A stretch of DNA of 43,720 bases from Reclinomonas americana ATCC 50394 (taxonomy: Eukaryota): positions 1 through 43,720 of the forward strand of contig PS015078.1 of assembly GCA_048213135.1 (NCBI GenBank), in the 5' to 3' direction. Below the pieces are notes generated by a model. That model saw nothing but the letters and a program-made list of their open reading frames with translations, ran no database searches and was not told where the DNA came from. The position numbers and the translations under genes are program-made. Of the stretch, positions 12,449-22,242 are shown in pieces. Each line of letters opens with the position of its first letter. Positions within the stretch are counted from its first letter, which is position 1.

Positions 12449-13289
12449 TCACAACTCGTCAAAGTTAATGTCGCCCTCCTCGGCGTCTGCCTCGGCCTCC
12501 AGCTGGTCGAGCTTGTCCTTGAATCCTGGCGGCTCAAAGTCGCCACCCGCCTTGATCATCTCATTGGCCATGGTGCGCATGTACGGCGTCGTCTGCACCA
12601 CCTCATCGTCCTCCATCGAGTTGGCCTCGCGCTGCAGACGCGGTCGCGAGCGCACCAGGCGCTGCCCGCGCCAGCCGTACTTGTCCTCGTTGAGGATCTT
12701 GGTCTCGTCGTCCAGCTGCGCGCCAGGCATGTCGCGCTCATCCAAAAAGTCCATAGTGTCGGGATTCGTCAGCTCCTCGTACGTCAAGTTGGTGGTGAGA
12801 CTCTCGTTGATATCCGGGCACATGTGCACCACATTGATGCACCACTTGTCCGGCAACTCGTTATCCGTGTACTTGCGCAGCGCCGGGTACAAGTCGTCCT
12901 CGTACTTGTCAAACATGAGCTCGCACTGCGCGCAGTCACAAAAACAAGAGAAGAAGTTCAGCGCTCAGCTGCTCATGGTCGCCTAATCGCTGCATCAACT
13001 GCCCGCACCGTACGCTGCAATCTGCGCGACTGCAATCTCGTGTACGACACGTCCTTCTTGGCGCGCATCTTGGGCGTCATCAGCACCCACTGATCGCGTC
13101 CACGCACTCCATAGTTGCGGCATTGCACGCAGACGCCGTCCATGGCGTCGAGCACATGCGCCTCCGATCGCCGATACGCCTTTCGTGCGTAGCCGCGCTC
13201 CGTCAGCTGCCCAGTCACCATAGCCTGCCCGTTCTCAAACTCGGTCTCGTCCAGCCGATCGAGAAGCAGTCGGATCGACAGTCGGCATC
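12449..13289 (-). CDS. Canopy (CNPY/DUF3456) saposin-like ER protein; 5' end lies in the gap
   Basis: GCRLSIRLLLDRLDET..AYRRSEAHVLDAMDGVC..LQRT|CELMFDKYEDDL..ELPDKWC....MC matches the CNPY pattern (Y.RSEAHL..C, C....EYEDE..KLC). Ends in FDEL*. Confidence 0.8.
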
Positions 13290-13670
13290 CTGCACGCACA
13301 AAATGACACGTGTCNNNNNNNNNNNNNNNNNNNNNNNNNNNNNNNNNNNNNNNNNNNNNNNNNNNNNNNNNNNNNNNNNNNNNNNNNNNNNNNNNNNNNN
13401 NNNNNNNNNNNNNNNNNNNNNNNNNNNNNNNNNNNNNNNNNNNNNNNNNNNNNNNNNNNNNNNNNNNNNNNNNNNNNNNNNNNNNNNNNNNNNNNNNNNN
13501 NNNNNNNNNNNNNNNNNNNNNNNNNNNNNNNNNNNNNNNNNNNNNNNNNNNNNNNNNNNNNNNNNNNNNNNNNNNNNNNNNNNNNNNNNNNNNNNNNNNN
13601 NNNNNNNNNNNNNNNNNNNNNNNNNNNNNNNNNNNNNNNNNNNNNNNNNNNNNNNNNNNNNNNNNNNNNN

Positions 13671-14007
13671 GCCCCACCAATCGCTGCATCTCCTCGCCAG
13701 TCGCCAGCGACCACACGCGAACAGTGGTGTCTTCACTCCCACTGACGATGTGCAGACCATCGAGGGTGGTGGCGACAGAATTCACCCATACAGTGTGTCC
13801 CTCCAACCGTCGACTCTCCTCTCCACTCGCGAGGGACCACACGCGAATGGTGCAGTCCCAGCTCCCACTCACAACTTGCAGACCATCGGCAGTGATCGCA
13901 ATGCACGACACCGTATAAATGTGTCCCTTCAAGACCTGCGGAAAACGTGTGACACACAGACGAGCAGCCACAAACAAGTAGGAGAGTGTGCGAACCTTGG
14001 TTGTCAT
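13671..14007 (-). CDS. WD40-repeat protein, paralog A (truncated by gap)
   Basis: MTTK|VLKGHIYTVSCIAITADGLQVVSGSWDCTIRVWSLASGEE... Intron 1 and repeat 2 are nearly identical to paralog B. Confidence 0.8.
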
Positions 14008-14394
14008 TGTGCTCCGTCGTTGCGTGTGAGAGTGCAAGAATATCGTCCTGCTACTCCGACGTGACGTTGCACTTGCCTCGCTCGAGTGAAAATGGTGCAA
14101 CACAAGTGGAGCCGCGACCATCAACACGAATGTACTAGGCAAATTGTTGTCGACGTCGTCTGTTCGCGAGGACTGGTGCGTGTGTCAAATGACGTCCGAT
14201 CGCATTGTGTAAACTCGAGCTCGATTGAAACGCAGAGCAGTGAGAATTCTGCATTACTTGTAGTTGTGTAGTGAACCTCTCAGGACGTCAACGGTAGCGA
14301 GATCTAGAGCTGTGCGCTTGTGCGTATACTGCAACGAATATCGAGATCGCGACATCTTGCAATCATTTTTCTCACCTGCATTCTCCAGGGCACC

Positions 14395-15677
14395 ATGTCC
14401 GCTGGCGGAAGCGGCGATGCACCCGTGTTGCGAGGTAACGAACGCAACGTTCTTGTCTGGCGCAACTACATCTCCGACAGCATCAGCAATCTTGCCAATG
14501 TCAACGAGCTCTTTGTCGACCGCATGCAAGTCGGGCTGGACCAACTCAGCAGCTTCAGCATCCTGGCGTCTCTGCTCTTCGGCTTCTCTATTGCTTACAC
14601 AGAGGTGCGTTCGCATTCACTACTAGTAGGAGCACGCAACTCGTGCGCCGCCGCAGCGTAATTATATTGCCTTGCAGCTGCATCGGGTCACCGCGTCGCG
14701 CTCCTCTGGCGATGAATGTCGCACTCGCATCCAGAACATATCCCCTGATAGCGGTGTGGTCGGCAGGTTCGGCGCACTGCCCTCGCAAGGAGGGCTCTCG
14801 GTTGTCATCCTGGTCATCTGGCTGGCGTTCCTGATGCTGCTTATTCGCAACTCGAAGTACCTGCTGCGTCTCAAGACTGCGGTGAGCATCAACGCTCGTG
14901 GCATTACTGCGCAATACGCTAATCATGCTCTCACCTACAGCTGGGATCTGGCGCGGAGTGCCGTGTCAAGTCATTCGAGCGAGACATTCAGTGGGTGCGC
15001 GAAACCAGACACCTGCAGTTGCTGGAGGACGCGTGTTATGCCCTTGTGAACCTCAGAAACCTTCGGCTCGAGGTCACGGAGGAGGCACAGCGCATTGTGG
15101 CATGGCTTGGGTGGACGCTACGATATCTGATGGTTCTGTTGGGAGTCCAGGTCTGCTCAAGTAGTGCGTTGCTGCTGGGGTGCCGTGTGTGCTTCCTCAC
15201 AGAAGGCTTTGCCACGCACAGTTGGTATCCAGGTTCCAGTTGACAGGGATGGACTGCCACGAGGGAAACACTGTCATCGCAGCTCTGGCGGCCGGGGCGT
15301 GGGCATGGCCAGTGGCCGTTCTCCTCCTTTCAGGAACGTGGACGCCCGCGACACCGGCAGATCGGCGTGCGGCCCCTGCTCCATCTGTTGATGTCCAACG
15401 CACCACATCCGCAGTGCGACAGAGAGATGGCGTCTCAGCAGCAAAGCGTTGGTGGCGTGCATGCGACACGTTGTCTGTCATCCGTCGCGTCATGGGTGCT
15501 GTTTACCCATTCCGCGACGACGCCGACACTGCAGAAGTTGTGGACAACGATTATGGTTCATGCTGGCACCGGTTCCGAACGTGGGCAGCACACTTCGACC
15601 AACTCAGCAGAGACATCAAGAGCATCGCAGACGACATGGGTCGTTTGACGCATGATCCGTGGTCGCCGTACGCGTAA
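14395..15677 (+). CDS. Four-TM membrane protein; TM1 resembles Orai-family TM1
   Basis: Four in-frame exons. TM1 DQLSSFSILASLLFGFSIAYTE, TM2 GLSVVILVIWLAFLMLLI, TM3 IVAWLGWTLRYLMVLLGV, TM4 VIAALAAGAWAWPVAVLLL. Confidence 0.55.
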
Positions 15678-15795
15678 CCACAGCCACATGAGGCCTCCGT
15701 CAGCAACCACAGATACAATAAAGGCAGTAGGAAGTAGGGGCACGGTATGCACCAGAGATCTTGAGCGAGTGGCGGCACACTCTCCACAACAGGCA

Positions 15796-17003
15796 TCACA
15801 CCGACCACCACTCTATCGCCCGCCGTTCAATCACTCTTGCATCCTCCAGTACAAAACACCGCAATACGACATCGACGAGCACCCAGTCACGATCATCCTC
15901 GTCGCCAAAAAGCTCGTTGACGGCCTGCACGGCCAATCGCGCTGAAGACACCTCCTGTTGTGCGAGCCCGCGTGGCGTCGACCACACTCGTACCGTCCTT
16001 TTTCCGCTGCCAATGACAATATGCTGACCGTCGGCAGTGATGGCGAGAGAGACCACATCATCAAAGGGTTCCTCGAGGCGTCGCATCAATATCTCCTCAC
16101 CACTCGCCACAGACCACACTCGAACTGTTTTGTCGCAACCTCCGCTGACAACGCACTGCCCGTTGGGAGTCACGGCAACCGACAGAACTCCATCAGCGTG
16201 CCCCTGCAACCGTCGCACCTCCTTGCCAGTCGCCAGTGACCACACTCGCACAGTCCTATCATGACTGCCACTGACAATGTGCAGACAATCGGGTGTGGCA
16301 GCGACAGACATCACAGTCTTGGTGTGGCCTTGCATGCATCGCACCTCCTCGCCACTCGCCAGCGACCACACTCGGATTGTGTTGTCCATGCTGCCGCTCA
16401 CAACGAACTGACCATCGGGTGTTATGGCGACAGAACGCACAACTAGAGTGTGCCCATCCAGCCGTCGCACCTCATCACCACTCGCCAGCGACCACACTCG
16501 AACGCTCTTATCGCTACTTCCACTCACCACGTGCTGGCTATCGGGAGTGACAGCAACACACCGCACCCCAGAAGTGTGCCCCACCAATCGTCGCACCTCC
16601 TCGCCAGTCGCCAGCGACCACAGTCGCACAGTGGTGTCTTCACTCCCACTGACGATGTGCAGACCATCGAGGGTGGTGGTGACAGAATTCACCCATTCAG
16701 TGTGTCCCTCCAGTCGTCGCACCTCCACTCCGGTTGCCAGTAACCACACGCGGATTGTGGTGTCCTTACTCCCACTCAGAATGTACCGACCATCCGGAGT
16801 GACGGCGACCCTTCCAATTGGATATGCACATCTTTTCAAGACCTGCGGAAACCATGAGACACACAGACAGCAGCCACAAACAAGCAGGAGAGTGCGCAAG
16901 CCTTGCTTGTCATTGTGCTTGTGCGACCTGTGTCGAAAACACGCAATGAGAGAGAGAGAGAAAGAGCAGGCGACCACAAACACGCACGCACCTTAGTCGT
17001 CAT
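15796..17003 (-). CDS. WD40-repeat protein, paralog B (about 7 highly similar 42-aa repeats plus a short C-terminal tail)
   Basis: Intronless exon 16842-15796 of GH..V.SVAVTPDG..IVSGS.D.TVRVWSLA(S/T)GEE units, plus a short first exon (17003-16992 or 16913-16902). Confidence 0.85.
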
Positions 17004-17501
17004 CCAAGTGTGTGTGTGTGTGCGTGTGTGAGAGAGAGAGTGTGCGAAATTGACTCGCGAAGTGTATTGTCTCTTATCCTTGTGATCTTCGTTGTGTGCC
17101 CTGCTCGTCTGTGTGTGCGAGNNNNNNNNNNNNNNNNNNNNNNNNNNNNNNNNNNNNNNNNNNNNNNNNNNNNNNNNNNNNNNNNNNNNNNNNNNNNNNN
17201 NNNNNNNNNNNNNNNNNNNNNNNNNNNNNNNNNNNNNNNNNNNNNNNNNNNNNNNNNNNNNNNNNNNNNNNNNNNNNNNNNNNNNNNNNNNNNNNNNNNN
17301 NNNNNNNNNNNNNNNNNNNNNNNNNNNNNNNNNNNNNNNNNNNNNNNNNNNNNNNNNNNNNNNNNNNNNNNNNNNNNNNNNNNNNNNNNNNNNNNNNNNN
17401 NNNNNNNNNNNNNNNNNNNNNNNNNNNNNNNNNNNNNNNNNNNNNNNNNNNNNNNNNNNNNNNNNNNNNNNNNNNNNNCGCAGACACACACACACACACA
17501 C

Positions 17502-18030
17502 CGTAGCCAGTGAGCGCCAACTCGCGCATCTCAGGTGTCGCTTGTTCCATGTGAGCGGGACCCGCAGCACCCGCTGTGTCACTGTCATTCAGTCCCGATC
17601 CAGCGCTATCGAAGGCAACCAACGCGACGCACGCACCTACTTCACGCAGCACCGGCAGTCCCTCCAGCGCCTCATCTACTCTCCACGGATCGCCGTCGCC
17701 CACTCGTTTCTTCACGATACACACGTACATGATAAGTACAGCGGCAACCGCCAAGTCGTCGAAGCACACAAACTCACCACGTAATCCCGCCACATTACGT
17801 GCTGATCAAGAGGCTGCAAAAAAACGAACATGAGCAGCTGGTAATCGTCAGCCCGTGTGTTGGTAGTCAAAGAGAAGCACACAACTGTCTTGTGTGGATC
17901 CGCGGGAATGCAGACGAGAGAGCCAGATACGTTGAACAAGGTCTCCTGTGGGAGGGAGAGAGAGAGAGTGAGAGAGAGAGGGAGAGAGAGGGAGAGGGAG
18001 TGACAGAGAGGGAGAGGGAGTGTGGTGTTG

Positions 18031-18073
<43 letters not shown>

Positions 18074-18329
18074 CACCTGTACGCGCACAGTGAGCAGTCC
18101 ACTCGTTGGCACCAACTGCACCGAGGCCACATGGTGAAGGTTGCCTGCACGGATTCTCATGCGCCCATCACTGGTCACGTCCACAATGAACTCCACCGTT
18201 GGGAGCTCCTCCAGCTTGCTCACAGGTCGCACTGTGTGTGTGTGTGTGAGAGAGAGAGAATGAGTGAGAAGACACAAAGAGAGTGACACAAGAAGGAAGC
18301 ACGAAACAGGTGTCGCGTCGCGCGGCCAT
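17502..18329 (-). CDS. Unknown-family gene A, 5' exons (inverted contig)
   Basis: MAARRDT|LRPVSKLEELPTVEF..AGNLHHVASVQLV..|..SLVCIPADPHKT|PLDQHVMWRDYV|..DEALEGL..ELAL aligns with the N-half of gene B (19283-21095). Confidence 0.65.
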
Positions 18330-18629
18330 TCTGTGTGTCTCTCACTTTGTACACACANNNNNNNNNNNNNNNNNNNNTCTCTCTCCTCCTCCTCTCTCCT
18401 CCTCTCTCTCCTCTCCTCCTCCTCCTCCTCTCTCTCTCTCCTCTTCCTCCTTCTCCTCCTCTCTCTCTCTCCCTTCCCTTTCTCCCTCTCTCCTTCTCCC
18501 TCTCTCCTTCTCCCTCCCTCCCTGCTCCCTCTCTGTCTCTCCCTCACTTTCTCCCCTGCCCTTCCCCCCATCTCTCTCTCCCTCTCATACTCTCAATTCT
18601 CTCTTCCTTTCTCTTTCCCCCTCATTCAG

Positions 18630-19220
18630 TTATCGCGAAGGCGTTCTCGGCAACGTGGTGCGCGACATTCGTCTGTCACTGGTGGATCCCAAGGCGCGCC
18701 TGGCGGCCAAGCTCTCTGACAGGCTGTTGAAGGAGATCAACGATTACGAGAGGGCCATTATGCACATTCGTCAAAACGTTGCGCTTGCGTCCATCCATAT
18801 CACTCTCGCCTTCCCTCTCTCTCAACACCCGCGCGGACGGGCGCACACAGGCGAGAACGCATGCCGAGACACTGCCGGCGGACCGCACGGTGATCCTGCT
18901 GTGGCACTGCCTGGACGACAATTGCGAGGCGCGTCTGGCGTTCTTGGAGAGACTTCGCACGGCCGTGATGAGCGGCAACAAATCCATCAAGGAGTTGCGC
19001 ACCATTCGGGAGAGGGATAGGTGCTGGGGGAGTTCTGACGAGGTCTCGTCTGCGCAGCCTGGGCGCCTCGTTCGAGATCGACGAGTGGAAGCGCTTCTAC
19101 TCACGACGAGACCAAGTGCAACAGCAGCTGCCGGAGCTCGCCGATGCCTCCACCGTTGCCGGCGCGGTAACAGCCAGTGCGCTTCCGTACGGTGGCGACA
19201 GGGGCACCGCGCGACGTTGA
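18630..19220 (+). CDS. Unknown-family gene A, 3' exons
   Basis: YREGVLGNVVRDIR..YERAIMHIRQN|ARTHAETLP..LWHCLDDNCEARLAF..IKD|LGASFEIDEWKRFYSRR..* aligns with the C-half of gene B and shares intron positions. Confidence 0.65.
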
Positions 19221-19282
19221 TCGAGAACGCAGAATGTACAGTGTTTTTTTGGCGCGAATCACTGTATTTCCGAGCAACGAAG

Positions 19283-21095
19283 ATGATGGCGGCGAGTGCA
19301 TCGGCACACGATCGTGCACCCTCTCTCTCCTCGGCACAGTGCCGTCTGCCGCACGAGCTACCAGTGAGCAATCGCCTTACTTTCAGCGGCTGGACTCATG
19401 CGGGTCAGTGTGTCTGCGTGTTTCAAAGTTCCCGCGCTCTGCCTCCTCATGTGATCACCTCCCCGCAGTGCGCACACCCACGCAACTGGAGGACCTTCGC
19501 GTGGTGGAACTGTTGATGCCAGTGGGCACTGAGAGTGGCCCCAGTCATGCGCGTCGCCTGGTGCCCGCCGGCAACCTGCACTATGTGCGATCACTGTCGC
19601 TGGTGGCGCGAGGACAAGTCGTCATTGATGTCGACGATCATCGTGCAGACGGTGGTGAAGATGATGACAAGGTGCAGGCGTTTCGTATGAAGGCCTCACT
19701 GCTGTGCATCCCCTCGGACCTCTTGCGCACAGTTGCGTCGACGATCAAGACTGTGGAGGTTGTTTTCATGGCGCCTTCTCACAATTGTCTTGCAGCCACT
19801 GGATCAACATGCGCTGTGGACCGACTACCTTGTTTCGTGCGAGCTCATGTGTGAGACGATTGTGCTGCAGCGCTCACTTCCCTCGCACGCAGAATCGACA
19901 TGGGATCCGTGTCATTCCCACACGATCGCCGTCGCCGTCGCCTGTCTCGTCGGTCTCATCGAGTGGTACGTACTGTGGCGGTGCCGTCTGTGTTGTTCTC
20001 GTGAGGTTCATATGATCTTGTGGTGGGGTTCGTTTGCAGATTCGTCGGCATCTGCGTCGACGGAGGTGCCGGTCGGCGACTCGATGGACCTGTGCTTGGC
20101 GATGGCGCAGTCGTTGGACCCGGCGCTTGAGGGCTTTGCTGCACTCGACGGAGAGGCGCAGCTGCAAGGTTTGTTGTTGACTTGAGGGGGGATGCAGTGG
20201 ACGCATGCAGGCTGACGCACGTTGTCGTCGCACAGCGCTGCGCAAGATCGGTGTTGGATTCGAACCTCTCGACTTGGAGGCCTTTGGTGGCCACGCAGAC
20301 CAGCAGGAGCTGGCATTGCTGAGTGTGGAGTCTCTCGCGGCACTGGTATGGCTCTTCTGCCTGCTCTCCGAGTCAGAGGGTCGGACATTCACCACAATAT
20401 GTGTATGCAGCGCGATCGGCGTCGACACTACTTGGACATGGTCACCGCGAGGGCGCAGGTTGGTTTTGTGCTGCACCAGCTCGGAAGCATGTACATGCGA
20501 CTGAGAGAGGCTGACGCGCGGTGAGTGGAGGGACACGCCACACACACGCACTGTCTTTTGTGGCAAGTCCCTCAATGCACTGGCAGGGCGCTGAGCGGGG
20601 TGCTGGGCGATTTCACCAAGGAGCTGCGACGAAGTACCTCCAGCGCCGACGGCGCCCGCATGAGCTTCTCCAGTCACCGCATCCTGCAAGAGGTATCAAC
20701 GTACGAGGAGGCCATCGCCTCTGTAATTACGCTGGTGTGTTCGTGGTGCGTCTCGCAGTCGTTATGTTTCATCGAGCGCTGAATCAACTTCGTGCGCAGG
20801 CCTCGGTGCACGTCGACGCGCTACCAGTGATCAACGAGACCGTGATCATGCTGCGCGAGTGCCTCTTTGAGGCGTGCGAAAGCCGCCTCGCGTTTGTCTT
20901 TCGCGTCCGCGAGTGCGCACATGGACGACGCGAGCCGAAAGAGTTGCGAACACACACCTCACCGCGTTGCGCTCTTTCTGCCTGCTCAGCTGACGAACAC
21001 ACAGCTTCGGCTCCGGTATCGAGCACGACGAGTGGGCGCGGTTCATGGAGCGGCGAGCGTACCTGCTGCAAGAGCTGCCCGACGGTCTCACGTGA
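19283..21095 (+). CDS. Unknown-family gene B (tandem paralog of gene A)
   Basis: In-frame spliced model ..VRTPTQLEDLRVVEL..AGNLHYVRSL..CIPSDLLRT|PLDQHALWTDYL..GVLGDF..LRECLFEACESRLAF..KD|FGSGIEHDEWARFMERR..*. Confidence 0.65.
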
Positions 21096-21380
21096 GGATC
21101 CGGAGCAAAAAAAAAACCACAATCTCTGACAACTCGGAATCCAAACGACGTCGAGCCACGTGGCGCCGTCGATCCGCCACTGCGCTTGCAGCCTCGGCAA
21201 AGTCGCACTGCTCTATGCGTTGACACACGACAACGCACATGNNNNNNNNNNNNNNNNNNNNNNNNNNNNNNNNNNNNNNNNNNNNNNNNNNNNNNNNNNN
21301 NNNNNNNNNNNNNNNNNNNNNNNNNNNNNNNNNNNNNNNNNNNNNNNNNNNNNNNNNNNNNNNNNNNNNNNNNNNAGAAC

Positions 21381-21704
21381 CTTCCGAGAGCTCCATGAAT
21401 CGCGCCTCTGCCTGCTTCTGCTTGACGGGGTCTCCGGCGAACTTGTCTGGGTGGTGCTTTGGCACGAGTTTCCTGCGTGGATATGCTGTGAGTGTGCAAA
21501 GACAGACAGAGTGTGTGTGTGTGTGTGTGTGCGAGAGGCTCCCAACCTGTACGCTCGTTTGATTTCGTCAATGGTCGCCGTGCGACTGACACCGAGCACC
21601 TCGTACGGTGAACGGCGACGACCCGCACCCGCTGCAAAGATGCACCAACATGATAGACCGACGCAGAAGGCGCACAGAGTCAGCACGAGTAATCGCTGTC
21701 GCAT
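21381..21704 (-). CDS. DnaJ/Hsp40 protein with signal peptide (ERdj-like), exons 1-2 on an inverted contig
   Basis: Hydrophobic leader, then SPYEVLGVSRTATIDEIKRAYR|KLVPKHHPDK..AEARFMELSE, containing the HPD motif. Confidence 0.85.
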
Positions 21705-21855
21705 TGAGTGACGGAATGCAAAGAAGAGTCCTCTGACAGCGTCCTCTGAAGGTGTATTCTCTTCCTTGTGCTCTCTCTCACANNNNNNNNNNNNNNNNNN
21801 NNCCTCTCGCGCACTCTCTCTTCTTCCCTCGTGTCTCTCATGCCTTCTGCTACAG

Positions 21856-22214
21856 CATACGAGACGCTGTCGGACCCAGAGAAGCGACAGCACTACGATG
21901 TGTATGGGGATGATGTGGGTGCAGGCGCCGGATCACATCGCCAGCAGCAGTACCAGCAATGGAGAGACATGCAGCAGGAGCAGTATCAGCAGTGGCAGGA
22001 GAAGTGGCGACGCCAGCGTCGCCAGCCGTTCTTCTCGTCGCTGTTTGAGAACCTGTTCCGCGGCTTTGGCGGTGGTGAGACCGCCGACGAAGACAATGAT
22101 AACCACGCCAGTGATAGAGGAGAGCAGGCGACGGCGGAGGATGGCGACAGCTGGCCGTGGCTGTACGTGGCGTCCTTTGTTGTCGCCTGGTTGCAGAACG
22201 CCGGGAGACAGTGA
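21856..22214 (+). CDS. DnaJ gene, last exon (J-domain helix IV, Q-rich region, C-terminal hydrophobic segment)
   Basis: AYETLSDPEKRQHYDVYG is the direct J-domain continuation of ..FMELSE, with a phase-1 join G|CA. Confidence 0.85.
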
Positions 22215-22242
22215 TCGTATAACCACATCTTATAGTACACTG

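Noticed and set aside
12973-14142. 389-aa ORF fusing WD40 repeats to a Canopy-like segment
   Set aside because: It is joined only through a 356-N gap. The two parts are separate genes, and the Canopy exon has its own acceptor at 13289.
17800-17939. PH/Vid27-like domain in paralog A
   Set aside because: The suggestive stretch falls inside an intron (donor 17885) whose position is conserved in paralog B.
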